A stretch of 55,271 bases of DNA from Sodaliphilus sp. (GTDB lineage Bacteria; Actinomycetota; Coriobacteriia; Coriobacteriales; Coriobacteriaceae): positions 1 to 55,271 of the forward strand of contig CAVKNR010000001.1 in NCBI GenBank assembly GCA_963657575.1. Direction: 5' to 3'. Position numbers and translations under genes: made by a program. The notes under the pieces were generated by a model that saw only the letters and a list, made by a program, of their open reading frames with translations, searched no databases and was not told where the DNA came from. This document shows, piece after piece, positions 52,568 to 55,271 of the stretch. Positions within the stretch are counted from its first letter, which is position 1, and each line of letters opens with the position of its first letter.

Positions 52568-55216
52568 CTAGCAGACGGCGTAGTCCTGGGGCTCGCGGCC
52601 GTAGTAGGCGTCCAGGTAGAGCTCCTTGATCTCGCTCATGAGCGGGTAGCGCGGGTTAGCGCCGGTGCACTGGTCGTTGAATGCCTGCTCGGTCATCTCG
52701 TCGAGGGTGTCGAGGAAGTACTGCTCGTCAACACCGTAGTCGGCGATGGTCTTCTTGACACCGATGAAGTCCTTGAGCTCCTCGAGCTTCGTGATGAAGT
52801 TCTCGAAGACCTCCTTGTCGTCCTTGCCCTCGATGCCGCAGTACTTGGCCATCTCGGCGTAGTTGTGCAGCGCGTTGGGGTAAGGATACTGGGAGAAGGT
52901 ACCCATCTTGACGGGAGCCTCGGCGGCGTTGTAGCGCATGACGCGGGTCAGGATGACGGCGTTAGCGATGCCGTGGGGCAGGTGATGGAAAGCGCCGAGC
53001 TTGTGAGCCATGGAGTGGTTGAGGCCCAGGAAGGCGTTGGCGAAGGCCATACCGGCCATGCAGGAGGCGTTGTGCATCTCCTCGCGGGCGTGCGGGTCCT
53101 TGGCGCCGTTCGTGAAGCTGGAGGGCAGGTTCTCAAAGACGAGCTTGGCAGCGCGCTCGGAGAGGCCCTTGGTGTAGTCGGAAGCCATGATGGAGACGTA
53201 GGACTCGATGGCGTGGGTCATGACGTCGATGCCGGAGGCAGCGGTCAGGCCGCGCGGGGCGGTCATGCAGTTGTCGGCGTCGACGATAGCCATGTTGGGG
53301 AGCAGCGCGTAGTCGGCGAGCGGCCACTTGATGCCGGTCTCCTTGTCGGTGATGATGGCGAACGGCGTGCACTCGGAGCCGGTACCCGAAGAGGTCGGGA
53401 CGGCGACGAAGTAGGCCTTCTTGCCCATCTCGGGGAAGGTGAAGATACGCTTGCGGATGTCCATGAAGTCCATGGCCATGTCCTCAAACTTGCACTCGGG
53501 GTGCTCGTACATCATCCACATGATCTTGCCGGCGTCCATAGCGGAGCCACCGCCGACGGCGATGATGACGTCCGGCTCAAAGAGAGCCATCTGCTTGGCG
53601 CCGCGACGTGCGCACTGCAGCGACGGATCGGGCTCGACGTCGTAGAAGCAGTCGTGGGCGATGCCCATCTCGTCGAGCTTGGCCTCGATGGCGCGGGTGT
53701 TGCCATTCTTGAAGAGGAACTGGTCGGTAACGATGAAGGCGCGCTTCTTGCCCATGACGTTGCCCAGCTCGTCGAGGGCGACGGGCGTGGAACCCTTCTT
53801 GAAGTAGACCTTCTCGGGAGCGCGGAACCACAGCATGTTCTCACGGCGCTCGGCCACAGTCTTAACGTTGATCAAGTGCTTCACCCCAACGTTCTCGGAG
53901 ACGGAGTTGCCGCCCCAGGAGCCGCAGCCCAGGGTCAGAGACGGCTTCATGCCAAAGTTGTACAGGTCACCGATGCCACCGTGCGAGGACGGGGTGTTGA
54001 TGACGATACGGCAGGCCTTCATGACGTGCTCGAACAGGCTGATCTTCTCGGCCTGGGCGGGGTGCACGTACAGAGAGGCGGTGTGGCCCGGGCCACCGGC
54101 GAGCACCAGGTGCTCGGCCTTGTCGACGGCCTCCTGGAAGTCCTTGGCGTGATACATGGCCAGGACCGGGGAGAGCTTCTCGTGGGAGAACTCCTCCTTG
54201 GCGGGGTCGGTGGAGGTGACCTCGGCGATCAGGATCTTGGTCTTGGCGGGAACCTCGATGCCGGCGAGCTCGGCGATCTTGGCGGCAGCCATGCCGGGGA
54301 TGCGGTGATCGAGGGCGCCGTTCTTGAACATGGCGGCACGCAGGGCCTCCATCTCGGCACCCTGCTTGACGAAGTAGCAGCCGCGCTTCTGGAACTCGGC
54401 CTTGACCTGGTCATAGATGGTGTCGATGACGGTCACGGACTGCTCGGAAGCGCAGATCATGCCGTTGTCGAAGGTCTTGGAGTGGATGATGGAGTTGACG
54501 GCGAGCAGCACGTCGGCGGTGTCGTCGATGACGACCGGGGTGTTACCGGCGCCAACGCCCAGGGCGGGCTTGCCCGAGGAGTAGGCGGCCTTGACCATGC
54601 CCGGGCCACCGGTGGCGAGGATGATGTCGACGTCGCGCATGACCATGTTGGTCAGCTCGATGGAGGGAACATCGACCCAGCCGATGATGCCCTCGGGGGC
54701 GCCGGCCTTGACGGCAGCGTCAAGCACGAGCTTGGCGGCGGCGATGGTGCACTTGGCGGCAGCCGGGTGCGGGGAGATGATGATGGCGTTGCGGGTCTTC
54801 AGGCTGATCAGCGTCTTGAAGATCGCGGTGGAGGTGGGGTTGGTCGTCGGGATGACGGCGCCCACGATGCCGATGGGCTCGGCGATCTTGGTGATGCCGT
54901 AAGCCTCGTCGCGCTCCAGGACACCACAGGTCTTGGTGTTCTTGTAAGCGTTATAGATGTACTCTGCGGCGTAGTGGTTCTTGATGACCTTGTCCTCAAG
55001 AACGCCGCGGCCGGTCTCCTCGATGGCCATCTTCGCCAACGGGATACGAGCCTTGTTGGCGGCCATGGCGGCCTCATAGAAGATCTTGTCGACCTGCTCC
55101 TGCGTGTACGTAGCAAAAAGCGCCTGGGCCTCTCGCATCTGAGCGAGCTTAGCCTCAAGCGCCTCTACGTTGTCCACAATTGCGGGAGTAGTGTTTTCCG
55201 GTGACTTTTTCACCAT
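52568..55216 (-). CDS. adhE: Bifunctional acetaldehyde-CoA/alcohol dehydrogenase
   Basis: ALDH part: PTTNPTST, ATGG, MICASEQ and EKLSP. Linker: GCGSWGGNS. Fe-ADH part: GGGS, PTSSGTGSE and HSMAHKLG. Confidence 0.98.
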   Translation of the reverse strand: MVKKSPENTTPAIVDNVEALEAKLAQMREAQALFATYTQEQVDKIFYEAAMAANKARIPLAKMAIEETGRGVLEDKVIKNHYAAEYIYNAYKNTKTCGVLERDEAYGITKIAEPIGIVGAVIPTTNPTSTAIFKTLISLKTRNAIIISPHPAAAKCTIAAAKLVLDAAVKAGAPEGIIGWVDVPSIELTNMVMRDVDIILATGGPGMVKAAYSSGKPALGVGAGNTPVVIDDTADVLLAVNSIIHSKTFDNGMICASEQSVTVIDTIYDQVKAEFQKRGCYFVKQGAEMEALRAAMFKNGALDHRIPGMAAAKIAELAGIEVPAKTKILIAEVTSTDPAKEEFSHEKLSPVLAMYHAKDFQEAVDKAEHLVLAGGPGHTASLYVHPAQAEKISLFEHVMKACRIVINTPSSHGGIGDLYNFGMKPSLTLGCGSWGGNSVSENVGVKHLINVKTVAERRENMLWFRAPEKVYFKKGSTPVALDELGNVMGKKRAFIVTDQFLFKNGNTRAIEAKLDEMGIAHDCFYDVEPDPSLQCARRGAKQMALFEPDVIIAVGGGSAMDAGKIMWMMYEHPECKFEDMAMDFMDIRKRIFTFPEMGKKAYFVAVPTSSGTGSECTPFAIITDKETGIKWPLADYALLPNMAIVDADNCMTAPRGLTAASGIDVMTHAIESYVSIMASDYTKGLSERAAKLVFENLPSSFTNGAKDPHAREEMHNASCMAGMAFANAFLGLNHSMAHKLGAFHHLPHGIANAVILTRVMRYNAAEAPVKMGTFSQYPYPNALHNYAEMAKYCGIEGKDDKEVFENFITKLEELKDFIGVKKTIADYGVDEQYFLDTLDEMTEQAFNDQCTGANPRYPLMSEIKELYLDAYYGREPQDYAVC

Positions 55217-55271
55217 TTGTGTCTCCTTGCGATCGGAGATTTACCCTACGCCTTGCATGATAGCAAGAAAT

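Noticed and set aside
52865..55204. 779-aa ORF antisense to adhE, and similar long antisense ORFs (28239-30719, 31577-33583, 1333-3258, 41331-42833, 49684-51198)
   Set aside because: These are shadow ORFs produced by strong GC3 codon bias in the real genes. They show no motifs and overlap conserved genes along their length.

Overview
A GC-rich, gene-dense stretch of core chromosome. It is most likely from a Coriobacteriia gut actinobacterium (Collinsella-like); this is inferred from gene content and protein style, not from a search. In order it holds: a minus-strand shikimate/aromatic operon (aroF-tyrA-aroB-aroA, partial), tRNA-Arg(CCG), a CtpE-like P-type ATPase, two bitopic membrane proteins (double Zn-ribbon; TPR) flanking a cyclophilin, and mreBCD-mrdA-rodA plus a hypothetical and a radical-SAM pair. 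It continues with rplU-rpmA-obgE-nadD-yqeK-rsfS, dinB, rpsP-khpA-rimM-trmD-lepB, glyQS-PDRP-ppdK, rplS-rnhB, yraN-comM-dprA-trmFO-xerC and rpsB-tsf-pyrH-frr-uppS-cdsA-dxr-rseP-ispG-proS. It ends with convergent adhE plus an APH-like kinase. I see no mobile element, prophage, CRISPR or defence island. The most interesting signals lie inside housekeeping genes: an RseP with an inserted winged-helix-like domain, an adhE-linked kinase, a xerC that apparently needs a non-canonical ATA start, a P-type ATPase with PQGL instead of PEGL, a PBP2 with an extra N-terminal TM helix, and uncharacterised membrane and radical-SAM genes bracketing the elongasome operon.
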